Source: Candidatus Delongbacteria bacterium
Lineage (GTDB): Bacteria > UBA4055
DNA length: 49,568 bases
Direction: 5' to 3'
Assembly: GCA_003252515.1 (NCBI GenBank)
Contig: QKDR01000143.1
Span: 1 to 49,568, forward strand
Within the stretch, counting starts at the first letter, position 1; every line of letters starts with the position of its first letter. The notes beneath the pieces were generated by a model. The model was not told the DNA's origin. It made no database searches and worked only from the letters and a program-made list of their open reading frames with translations. Shown one piece after another: positions 1 through 8,982 of the stretch. The position numbers were made by a program, and so were the translations under genes.

Positions 1-339
1 GCAGTCTTTCAGCAGTTCCAGCCCGATCCCCTTCGTTTTAAGAAAGTTCTTTGCTTTTTGAACAGCTGCCGGCTTATCTATAGTAATAAGGACTACTCTG
101 AGCCCATTCTCAGAAAATTCTTTTGCGAGCTTATCAAATTCAGGAAGCTCTTCTTTACAAGGTTTACACCAGCTTGCCCAGAAATTCACCAAAACCGGTC
201 CTTTTGTGATCAGACTGTCCAGTTCAGTATATAAACCGTCAGTATTTTCGAGCCTGAATGAAGGGGCTTTCTTTAGATCATCCTGACTAAATGCAATAAA
301 AGACAATATTATTAAAATTACGATTATGAATTTTTTCAT
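1..339 (-). CDS. TlpA/ResA-family thiol-disulfide oxidoreductase (partial, runs off the window start)
   Basis: Not in the ORF track. Manual translation from ATG 339 (GGAG RBS upstream): MKKFIIVILIILSFIAFSQDDLKKAPSFRLENTDG...GPVLVNFWASWCKPCKEELPEF. Signal peptide plus WCxPC motif. Confidence 0.9.
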   Translation of the reverse strand, partial: MKKFIIVILIILSFIAFSQDDLKKAPSFRLENTDGLYTELDSLITKGPVLVNFWASWCKPCKEELPEFDKLAKEFSENGLRVVLITIDKPAAVQKAKNFLKTKGIGLELLKDC

Positions 340-369
340 AATTATACTCCTTAAAATAATTCTTCCGTA

Positions 370-398
370 AATTTATTGTCTAATTACTTTTTTGTCAA
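370..398 (-). promoter_or_regulatory. Putative sigma70 promoter of the tlpA-like gene
   Basis: TTGACA (398-393), 17 bp spacer, TAAATT (375-370) on the minus strand. Confidence 0.5.
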
Positions 399-511
399 TG
401 AAAATATAGTAACTTCTATATATAACATTGAAAAATCCCATAAATAAATTCTTTGATTATTTATTCAATTTTATTATTTTTACATCGCTTACTAAATAAA
501 ATGAGGTTCTG

Positions 512-2197
512 ATGAAAATAGTAGAATGCGTACCTAATTTCAGCGAAGGCAGAAATATGGCTGTAATTGATCAGATAACTGACGAGATCAAAAAAATTAA
601 AGGAGTAAAACTGCTTGATGTGGATCCCGGTTTTGATACTAACAGAACTGTGGTAACGTTCGTCGGTGATCCTGAAAGTGTAAAAGAGGCAGCGTTCAAT
701 GCTGTAAAAAAATCACATCAGCTGATAGATATGACCAAACACAAAGGTGCTCATCCCAGATTCGGCGCCTGTGATGTCTGCCCGATCATCCCGGTAAGCG
801 GTATTTCTATGGATGAGTGTGTTACTATTGCCAGGGATCTGGGGAAAAAACTGGGTAAAGAACTTGATTATCCGGTTTATTTTTACGAATATGCAGCCAC
901 AAAGAAAGAAAGAAAGAACCTCGCATGGGTCAGACAGGGTGAGTATGAGGAACTTGAATCCAACCTGAAGCAGGCAGACAGAGTTCCGGATGCCGGTCCC
1001 TGTAAGTTTCAACCGAAAGTTGGCGCAACTGCTGTCAGCGCTAGAGATTTTCTTATCGCCTACAATGTAAACCTGAATACGAAAAACGCAAAACTTGCAC
1101 ACGACATAGCTTTGAACATAAGAGAACAGGGCCGATTCCTTAAAGATGAAAATGATAAATTCGTAAAAGACAAAGAAGGAAATAAAGTCAAACAGCCAGG
1201 TATTTTTAAGAACTGCAAGGCTATCGGATGGTATGTTGACGATTATAAAAGAGCTCAGATCTCGATCAATCTGACAAATTTTCATATTACATCAATGCAC
1301 GATGTTTTCGATGAAATTTCCAGACAAGCCACAGAAAAAGGATTAAGAGTTACGGGAAGCGAGATAGTAGGAGTTGTTCCGAAAGAAGCGATGATAAAAG
1401 CCGGAATTCACTATCTTGAGAAACAGGGATCATGCGCCGGAGTTGACGACAGCGAGCTGATCAAGATCGCTGTTCAGTCCCTGGGATTGTCAGATGTCGC
1501 AGAGTTCAGAACCGATGAAAAGATTATTGAGTACATGATAACATCCGAAGGAAAACTTGCAGATCTGACAGTATCCGGTTTCTGCGACATGCTTTCTTCT
1601 GATGCACCGGCTCCGGGCGGGGGATCAGTAGCGGCCCTATGCGGTACTCTTGCAGCGAGCCTGGGGGCGATGGTAATGAACCTGACATACGGGAAAAAAG
1701 GATACAGGCAATTCGACGATGAGGTGAACGTACTGGGGAAAGAACTTCAGCTGCGTAAATCCGAACTGCTGTATCTGATAGATGCCGACACTGAAGCTTT
1801 CAATGTCCTAATGGACGCTTTAAGCGCTAAATCAAAGGCTAAAAGCTCTGATGATGAAATAGAACTCAAAGAAGCTGAAAAGAAATATTACGATGCTACA
1901 GTTCTTGCAACTGAAGTCCCGCTTAAGGTCATGTCGAAGATAATTGAATTGGCCGCACCTTTGAAAAGAATCGCCGAGATAGGCAATGTAAACGCCGCCA
2001 GCGACGCTGGGGTCGCTGCATTACTCATCCAGTCGGGAGTAAAAAGTGCAGGGCTTAATGTCAAGATCAATCTGTCGGGATTCGACAGCTCGGATGAGTA
2101 TAAAAACGTAACTCTTAAAAAAATGAACGACATACTTTCTTCAGTTGACAGTCTTACTCAGAGTATATTAGAAATAGTAGACAGCAAGATCAAATGA
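512..2197 (+). CDS. ftcd: Glutamate formimidoyltransferase / formimidoyltetrahydrofolate cyclodeaminase (bifunctional)
   Basis: N-terminal VECVPNFSEGR and HKGAHPRFGACDVCP (transferase); C-terminal SDAPAPGGGSVAAL and GNVNAASDAGVA (cyclodeaminase). Confidence 0.95.
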   Translation: MKIVECVPNFSEGRNMAVIDQITDEIKKIKGVKLLDVDPGFDTNRTVVTFVGDPESVKEAAFNAVKKSHQLIDMTKHKGAHPRFGACDVCPIIPVSGISMDECVTIARDLGKKLGKELDYPVYFYEYAATKKERKNLAWVRQGEYEELESNLKQADRVPDAGPCKFQPKVGATAVSARDFLIAYNVNLNTKNAKLAHDIALNIREQGRFLKDENDKFVKDKEGNKVKQPGIFKNCKAIGWYVDDYKRAQISINLTNFHITSMHDVFDEISRQATEKGLRVTGSEIVGVVPKEAMIKAGIHYLEKQGSCAGVDDSELIKIAVQSLGLSDVAEFRTDEKIIEYMITSEGKLADLTVSGFCDMLSSDAPAPGGGSVAALCGTLAASLGAMVMNLTYGKKGYRQFDDEVNVLGKELQLRKSELLYLIDADTEAFNVLMDALSAKSKAKSSDDEIELKEAEKKYYDATVLATEVPLKVMSKIIELAAPLKRIAEIGNVNAASDAGVAALLIQSGVKSAGLNVKINLSGFDSSDEYKNVTLKKMNDILSSVDSLTQSILEIVDSKIK

Positions 2198-2217
2198 TTT
2201 TCAAAGTAACCGCCAGT

Positions 2218-2246
2218 AAAAAAGGAGATCGTGAGATCTCCTTTTT
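2218..2246. terminator. Bidirectional intrinsic terminator between convergent ftcd and the dnaE-like gene
   Basis: AAAAAA-GGAGATC-gtga-GATCTCC-TTTTT. Confidence 0.85.
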
Positions 2247-5226
2247 ATTTTATACCAATATAAAAGGGGACCTCTTTTAAAAGAAATTTCAACTTATACA
2301 AATTCAATTCATTCAGGTCTATTTTACCATTAAGTCCCAGCGCCTGTTTTGTATCAGAGAAATAAAGTTCCAATGAACAGTTCCCTTTATCAGAGATAAA
2401 CTTAGAGATCCCGTCGACAATACTGTTATCTTCGCTTTCGATTGATGCGTAGAGTATAAAATGATGGTTTTCATAAATATTTTCTATTCCGTGCCCTACA
2501 CGACCGGATCCGGGTTTCAAGAAACTGCAGAGTTCACATATTTCAGCTTCGGAAGAAGTAAATACAAGCCCTGTGAATTCGTCCTCAAAGTTCTTCTTTT
2601 CTTCTACGGTAAAATCCGTGGCGGAATCAACAGATATTTCGATTTCTGATATTTCGAAAAGCTCATTCTGGAGAGTATCTTCTTTTTTTATAGATTTATA
2701 ATACTTGTCGTTCATTTCGGACAATTCTTTCCGGTTTCTGTTAAAAATATCGAAGAACCCTATCTTTACAAGAATATCTATAGTGTTATGCCTTATTAAG
2801 TTCTTGTCGCATTTTTCTATGAAGTCCTGAAATGACATAGGCTCGTACTCATTAATGAAATCGAATAAATAATCCGAAATTTTCTGTGATATCCCTTTTA
2901 CACAGTAAAGAGGCAGAATAACATTCTTATCTTTTATTTCAGCTTCTTTATTCAGGCTGAGAAGTGATATCTTAATGAATTTGTAACCTGAATCTTTAAG
3001 GAATTTTATATATTTTCTCCATTCGCCGCCTGATCTTACTTCCTTTTCAAAAATGAATTTAACAAAACGGTCCGGATACTTTTCTTTCAATTCCAGAATT
3101 CTTAACGCTATCACTGTTTTAGCGGCGATCTCTGACAGAGAAAGGTAAAAAACGGTCGGTTGAACGGCTGCTCTTATATATTCACACTTCTCAGTACAGT
3201 TTTTGTTCTCTGATAACAGATTAAGTATAGAATTGAACTGGATCAGACTTGTTGATTCAAGTAGTCTTCTTTTCAATGAAAGGGTTTCTTTTGATGAGAA
3301 TAGTTTGTCGCAGATATAATAGAACTGCTCTTTGAAGACAATGAATCCCCGGGTGATCTGGAGCTCTTTTTTATACCTGATGCCCGGGGCCCCCGGAGAT
3401 TGCCTGTTCAAAAGAAAACTGAGATTGGATCTCCCGGACTCAAGATAAATTATCAGGTTGCAGAATGGATCTTTGCTCAGTTCAAGATATTTTTCTCTCA
3501 TATGGCTGTAGCTGAAATACGGTATCATCGCAAGATCATCTGAAATAATCTTTTCTGTCAGCTTCTCAGAAATCTTATTAAGGCTGGTCTCTACGAGAGG
3601 TCCCAGTTCAAAGTGCCTTCTGAGATCCAGGTAGCCGTTGGACTCGATATTTATATTCCATACTCCGAAATATCTCGCTGTACTCATGTTATAAAATGAA
3701 ACATCCAGCGGCATTTCATCGGATCTGGATGTTACAGGCAGTATAGTTTTAACGTCTTCACCACTTATTACTATCTGATTCGTATTCGTATTATAATTTC
3801 TGAAAACATCATCAAAATTTACAGCTACTTTAAGTATCTCTTTCTGGTCGGGATATTTTTCAAAAAGATCTTTAACTTCCTTGCTGTTCAGGATTTCCTC
3901 AAGCTGACCAGTCGATCTAAAATTCTGTTTATAATTCCTGAGAAGTATTTCAGACAGTTCTTTACTAAGCCCGTATTCAGATGTTAAAGTATTAATAATA
4001 GCCGTAAAGTGCCATTTCACATAATCGCTCAGAAAACAAATCCTGTCTGCAGGAAATTTACCGGCCAGATATTCGAATAGCTTATGACGGCTTTCCGGAG
4101 ATACAATAACAGTGATCTGAGGGTGGATCTTCTTGTTCGCCAGAACAGATCTGTGATAGTGATTTGAAGTGAAAACAGGTGTGGAAAGAGAAAGTCCGAA
4201 CAAATATGCAAGATGCAGGTCACTGATAAAACCCGAGAAGAAAATATCACGAGCGTAAATATTATAGAATTCCTTTTTTGCTTCGAGCATGAACAGAATA
4301 AGCGAAGATATATTATGTTTTCTAATATAAGCGAGCTCTTCAGTTATTAATGATTTCAGGACATCACTTTTGTCGTCAAACAGCAATTTCGTTTCAGCTT
4401 TAAGTGTTTCAAAACTCGAATAGTCGATCTTCCATTTAATATTAAGATCAGGATATTTAACAGGGACTTCTTCGAGAATGAAATGACATGACTTAGCTAT
4501 TTCAGACACATTTTCTACAGTTTTGTGATCGAAAATACTGTTTAAGTTTTCAACATTCTGTAAAAATTGATCCCGGTAATGCCTGATCTGCTTCGTTCCT
4601 GAAAATCTCGAAGCCATTTCTTTAAGTTTATGGTCACCTTCATTCAGATAATAAACAGGATTACATCCTAAAAGACGGATCCTGCCGGCTGAACTCATAA
4701 ATGACAGTTTTTCAGAAATCAGATTACTTTCAGATTCCTTCTCAGAATTGCATACAAAATATAAATCATTGATATCAATTCCTGTTACGGTTATTCTTTT
4801 CAGGATATATTCAGGATCATCTTCAGTTTCAACACTTTCTGAAAGAATATCTATTTTATACAGATTGATACAAATAAAACAATCGTGCAGAACTGAGATA
4901 TCGTCAACCAGACAGTAGCAGTATTTTTTATCATATCTGAATTTACGGACCAGATCAAGAACACTTTTATAACCGGAATAGTTTTTTATCAGCAAAGATA
5001 TCCTGAAGTATTTATCATTTTCGAGCCTGCAGAAGAAATCTGTACCAATTATAGGTTTGATGCCGAAATCAAGACATTTTGTATAGAACTCCGCTATACC
5101 TGAGAAATTACCATGGTCAGTCATCCCGAGAAATTTGACGCCTTTGCTCCTAGCATTGGTAACAAGGTCATCGAATTTTATCGTTCCTTCCGGTTTTGTA
5201 TACTGGCTGTATATTATAAGCGACAT
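2245..5226 (-). CDS. Highly divergent DNA polymerase III alpha (DnaE) paralog, predicted catalytically inactive
   Basis: PHP N-terminus (LGMTDHGNFSG...GIKPIIGTDF), TRGFIVFKEQ, LKEKYPDRF, HhH LYCVKGIS and clamp motif QNELF occur in DnaE order. The GRGS, PDxDxD and KxDxLG motifs are replaced. Confidence 0.85.
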   Translation of the reverse strand: MSLIIYSQYTKPEGTIKFDDLVTNARSKGVKFLGMTDHGNFSGIAEFYTKCLDFGIKPIIGTDFFCRLENDKYFRISLLIKNYSGYKSVLDLVRKFRYDKKYCYCLVDDISVLHDCFICINLYKIDILSESVETEDDPEYILKRITVTGIDINDLYFVCNSEKESESNLISEKLSFMSSAGRIRLLGCNPVYYLNEGDHKLKEMASRFSGTKQIRHYRDQFLQNVENLNSIFDHKTVENVSEIAKSCHFILEEVPVKYPDLNIKWKIDYSSFETLKAETKLLFDDKSDVLKSLITEELAYIRKHNISSLILFMLEAKKEFYNIYARDIFFSGFISDLHLAYLFGLSLSTPVFTSNHYHRSVLANKKIHPQITVIVSPESRHKLFEYLAGKFPADRICFLSDYVKWHFTAIINTLTSEYGLSKELSEILLRNYKQNFRSTGQLEEILNSKEVKDLFEKYPDQKEILKVAVNFDDVFRNYNTNTNQIVISGEDVKTILPVTSRSDEMPLDVSFYNMSTARYFGVWNINIESNGYLDLRRHFELGPLVETSLNKISEKLTEKIISDDLAMIPYFSYSHMREKYLELSKDPFCNLIIYLESGRSNLSFLLNRQSPGAPGIRYKKELQITRGFIVFKEQFYYICDKLFSSKETLSLKRRLLESTSLIQFNSILNLLSENKNCTEKCEYIRAAVQPTVFYLSLSEIAAKTVIALRILELKEKYPDRFVKFIFEKEVRSGGEWRKYIKFLKDSGYKFIKISLLSLNKEAEIKDKNVILPLYCVKGISQKISDYLFDFINEYEPMSFQDFIEKCDKNLIRHNTIDILVKIGFFDIFNRNRKELSEMNDKYYKSIKKEDTLQNELFEISEIEISVDSATDFTVEEKKNFEDEFTGLVFTSSEAEICELCSFLKPGSGRVGHGIENIYENHHFILYASIESEDNSIVDGISKFISDKGNCSLELYFSDTKQALGLNGKIDLNELNLYKLKFLLKEVPFYIGIK

Positions 5227-5229
5227 CCT

Positions 5230-5853
5230 CTAGATCACCTCGAATTTCTTTTTAATGATCTCAACAGTTTCTTTATCTGAAGATCTTAGTATTCTTATTT
5301 TTTGTATATCACAATATAACTCTACGATCGTAGAGGACTTACTGCCTCCCGTTTTACCTCTGTATATATGGTCAACAGATTTGTCCCATCTTGAAATTAT
5401 CATTTCGATATCATTAAGATCGGGTTCGCCGGAAATATTAACGCTGGTACTTATTATACCTGTTCCCAATGCCATTGTGATATCACGTACTACACCAAAA
5501 TCCGTATATCTTACTGCAACTTTTTTATAATCTGATAAGAACTTGTATCCTGAAGAAGGATTTTTATCCGAAACAACAGTAATTCTGCCGGGCCACAACT
5601 CTTCTTTCAGCAGGTATTCCGTGAATGAAATCAAGAAATCGTTAAAATCAAAATACAGTTTCAGTCTTTCGGGAGATGAATCAAGTATTATAAACGGTTT
5701 CTGATCTCTTTTTTTTAGTTCCTGAAGCCTTTTGACTGCATCTTTATTGCGGGGGTCGCACGAGAGTCCAAAAATGGTATCGGTAGGTATAATTACTATA
5801 CCTCCGTTCTTAATGGTCTGAATTGCGGTATGAAGCTCATTTTTGTCTTTCAT
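5230..5853 (-). CDS. tsaC: L-threonylcarbamoyladenylate synthase (Sua5/YrdC/TsaC family)
   Basis: GGIVIIPTDTIFGL, KKR...KP, WPG, STSVNISG, SSTIV motifs. Confidence 0.9.
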   Translation of the reverse strand: MKDKNELHTAIQTIKNGGIVIIPTDTIFGLSCDPRNKDAVKRLQELKKRDQKPFIILDSSPERLKLYFDFNDFLISFTEYLLKEELWPGRITVVSDKNPSSGYKFLSDYKKVAVRYTDFGVVRDITMALGTGIISTSVNISGEPDLNDIEMIISRWDKSVDHIYRGKTGGSKSSTIVELYCDIQKIRILRSSDKETVEIIKKKFEVI

Positions 5854-5895
5854 ACCGGATTATAAGAATTTTTTTTAAAAGAAAATAGAAAAATA

Positions 5896-6429
5896 TTAAA
5901 TATCGTAACCTATACCTTTAAGCCAGTTACCTACTTTCTGCCTTACTTCTTCATGATAATAATTATCCCACCTTTCCTTGTCGCCGATATGTTTGACAAG
6001 AACTTCCTCGATCTCTTCCAGTGATGCGATATTTGCAATTGATGTATTTATTGTTACTTTAAGGTCCTCGTTAAACCCGTCTATAGAATTCATGTACTTT
6101 TCTATTATTTTTTTCACTTCCATGATAGTGATCGTCGGGATGGGTTCGTAATCATCCTGCTTAATGAACCTTATCCTTTTAATGAGTTCTTTTTCATCTA
6201 CTTCTTCATTTGGTGAATAAATTTTTTCATGGTACATATCATCGTCTTCCGAATCGTTACTCCACTCCTCTAAGGCTGTCAGCTGCTGCTCATAATCATC
6301 TTCTACGCTCGATGCGATATTTTCGTCAATGTAGACGATCTCGCCGGTTTCTTTGTTGAGATAATAAGTTATATCTTCCGCTTTCTCATGCATCGCCCGG
6401 ATGATTTCATCAATATCTAGATCTACCAT
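5896..6429 (-). CDS. UPF0158-like acidic protein of unknown function
   Basis: YYLNKETGEIVYI near the N-terminus and W..Y...VR....WL...G at the C-terminus, typical of UPF0158. Confidence 0.7.
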   Translation of the reverse strand: MVDLDIDEIIRAMHEKAEDITYYLNKETGEIVYIDENIASSVEDDYEQQLTALEEWSNDSEDDDMYHEKIYSPNEEVDEKELIKRIRFIKQDDYEPIPTITIMEVKKIIEKYMNSIDGFNEDLKVTINTSIANIASLEEIEEVLVKHIGDKERWDNYYHEEVRQKVGNWLKGIGYDI

Positions 6430-6537
6430 TTATAATCCTTTATTTAATTTCACACGGAATTTTTCGACAAATATATCAATTATGATAAGACAATGTCAAT
6501 AGAAAAATTCAATAAAATTAATGAACAATTTTAAAAT

Positions 6538-8874
6538 TCACTGAAGGGGATAACCTACAGACAGAAAAATTCTGTTGTTTTTATTGATAATCCCATTGCC
6601 TGCCGTAATACCGAACCCGGCTTCTATAGGCGCAAGTTTAGTATTAAATATGATCCCTGTATAGAACGAATTCAAAAATCTTCTGTAGTTCCATTTAATT
6701 TCCGGTTCATCAAACCAGAACGCGTTCAGGTAATATGCTGCAGAAAAATACAGATCAAATAGCGCCGAATCTTTTATAAGAAGATCGTAACGGTTCTTTA
6801 TTCTAAAATACTGAATTACCGAATACTCCTCAAAAGAAGTTCCGGGGATAGTTTTTATCCCGCCGATCAGATATCTTTCATTAAATGGGACAAGATTATC
6901 GCCCGTACCTCCCGACACACCAAGTTCCACATTTAATTTTCTGAAAATATTTTTATATCCGGACAATTCCCACCATGTTTTCTGGAATTTCATCAGATCA
7001 TCGAAATCATACATGCCGGTTTCAATATTCCATGAGAAATAAACGCCTTTGCTCGGTACGACATTATCGTTCCTGCTGTCCGCCAGGATCCTGAATATTC
7101 CGGACGTTCTCTCATTCGAGCTTGCACCGTTGTCTATGAATTCCTGTATGATCGTAAACATCCCCTGATAATTGTCGAAAATCTGGAACCCCAGATTTAG
7201 ACCGGCTCCATATCTTTCTTCTTCATATCTGAGGTCATATAGCTGTTCATGATCCGTATCGTAAAAATTTCTTTCTTTGATCTGATAGTACGGCATTACT
7301 TCAAAAAAAAGAGTTGATCTTTTCATGAAAGGATTATAGTGAGAGATCTCAATTCTGTTAAAACTTTCACCGAAAGTAATACCAGCATAAATTTCTGCTC
7401 TTTTGCCGTAAACATTTTTATTGGCAACCTCAACGAGTCCGAGAAAACCTCTGTCTGTCTGATAATTTGCCCCTAATCTTATCAAGTGATACGGTTTTTC
7501 TTCAACGATGAAAGTTAATTCACATTTTTCCCGGTCCAATTCATAATTTACTTTATGAAAAAGTCCGGTACTATACAGATTATCTACCGAATTCTCCAAG
7601 TCATTAATATTTAAAGGTTTTTCAGTTGATACAGTAAGTTCTTCTCTAATGAATTTTTTTCTAGTGGAAGTATCACCCGTAATTCTTATACTTTTCAGAC
7701 TGCCTTCCTTAATCAATAAAGTATCAGGTTCACCCTCAATATATGACACATCACAAAGCATATATCCTTGATTTCTATAAAATTTTCTCACTGCGGCAAC
7801 AGCTTCCCTATCGTTCAGAATGCCGTTCAATTCTTTTATTATTTCATCTTTATCAAAAGAGCTGACGCCTGTGATTTGTGGAAGATGATCTATATTTGAT
7901 ATTATTTTTTGAGACTTATGCTCTTCATCTCCTACCAGCTTTCTTATCTCAGCGATCTTTTTATCTGTCTCAATATATCCGAGTCGTATCAGTGAATCAG
8001 GATCATTAAGTTCGGTTACCGAAACATCTTCAACATCCGGTCGTAATACAATGCCGGCGTTTTCCAGACTTTTCTCAATATTGGATTTTGTCATCAGAAT
8101 TGATATCCTGTCTAAAAGCTCAATAAAATTATATTCTCTGGATTTGTATGGAGAATCATGAGTTGTATTCGATGCAATGACCACATCGCATTCATCAAGT
8201 ACGCTTACAGGTATATTATCTGTCAACCCTCCGTCAAGCAGCATCATATCTTTATATCGAACAGGCTTAAAAAGACCGGGGAACGACATTGAACCGAGAA
8301 TAATCAGAGGCAGATCCCCGTTTCTGAATACCACTTTCGAAGAATTCTGAATGTCGGAACAAACAATTCTGAGCTTGTATTTCAATTTATCAAAATCATT
8401 GCTGCAGTATTCAGAACTGTTCACAAATGATCTGATTTTCTTTAAAACCTTGTGCCCGTTATTCAAAGCATTCGGCAGCTGGATCCCGGATTCAGTGAGT
8501 TCGAGCTCAACTACTGTTCTGTCCGATGTTTTCTTAATATAATTCTCGGTCATATTCCTGTCGGGTTTATTAGTAAAGACCTCCTGACTGTCGGATTCTT
8601 TTATCATCTTCTCGATCTGATATGTATTATAGCCCAGGCAGTACAAACCGGCTATCATTGCTCCCATGCTTGATCCGGATATCATATAAGGTTCAATACC
8701 TTCTTCTTCCAATCTTCTGAGCACACCAATATGAGCAAAACCTCTTACGCCTCCGCCTGACAGAGCTATCCCGATCTTAGGATATTCCTGAGAATTTACT
8801 TCAACTTCATCCGGAACTGACGAATATAGCAAATTAATTAAGGTCAGTAATATTAAAACAATTATTCTGAACAT
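6538..8874 (-). CDS. Patatin-like phospholipase fused to POTRA and Omp85-type beta-barrel (PlpD-like)
   Basis: Signal peptide; LSGGGVRGFAHIGVL, GSSMG (GxSxG), DGG; POTRA-like segment (IRITG...LYSTGLF...VEEK); C-terminal IFLSVGYPLQ barrel strand. Confidence 0.88.
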   Translation of the reverse strand: MFRIIVLILLTLINLLYSSVPDEVEVNSQEYPKIGIALSGGGVRGFAHIGVLRRLEEEGIEPYMISGSSMGAMIAGLYCLGYNTYQIEKMIKESDSQEVFTNKPDRNMTENYIKKTSDRTVVELELTESGIQLPNALNNGHKVLKKIRSFVNSSEYCSNDFDKLKYKLRIVCSDIQNSSKVVFRNGDLPLIILGSMSFPGLFKPVRYKDMMLLDGGLTDNIPVSVLDECDVVIASNTTHDSPYKSREYNFIELLDRISILMTKSNIEKSLENAGIVLRPDVEDVSVTELNDPDSLIRLGYIETDKKIAEIRKLVGDEEHKSQKIISNIDHLPQITGVSSFDKDEIIKELNGILNDREAVAAVRKFYRNQGYMLCDVSYIEGEPDTLLIKEGSLKSIRITGDTSTRKKFIREELTVSTEKPLNINDLENSVDNLYSTGLFHKVNYELDREKCELTFIVEEKPYHLIRLGANYQTDRGFLGLVEVANKNVYGKRAEIYAGITFGESFNRIEISHYNPFMKRSTLFFEVMPYYQIKERNFYDTDHEQLYDLRYEEERYGAGLNLGFQIFDNYQGMFTIIQEFIDNGASSNERTSGIFRILADSRNDNVVPSKGVYFSWNIETGMYDFDDLMKFQKTWWELSGYKNIFRKLNVELGVSGGTGDNLVPFNERYLIGGIKTIPGTSFEEYSVIQYFRIKNRYDLLIKDSALFDLYFSAAYYLNAFWFDEPEIKWNYRRFLNSFYTGIIFNTKLAPIEAGFGITAGNGIINKNNRIFLSVGYPLQ

Positions 8875-8982
8875 AGGCGAAATATAATTATTACTTTCAT
8901 TTTAAGCAATACTGCAAAATAGCGGGTTTGTTGTTGTCAAAGCTTCATTTTTTCTATATCTTACAAAAAAATCACGGCTGCA

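Noticed and set aside
2245-5226. Calling this the replicative dnaE or the error-prone dnaE2
   Set aside because: The catalytic motifs needed by both are absent, and there are no imuA/imuB neighbours.
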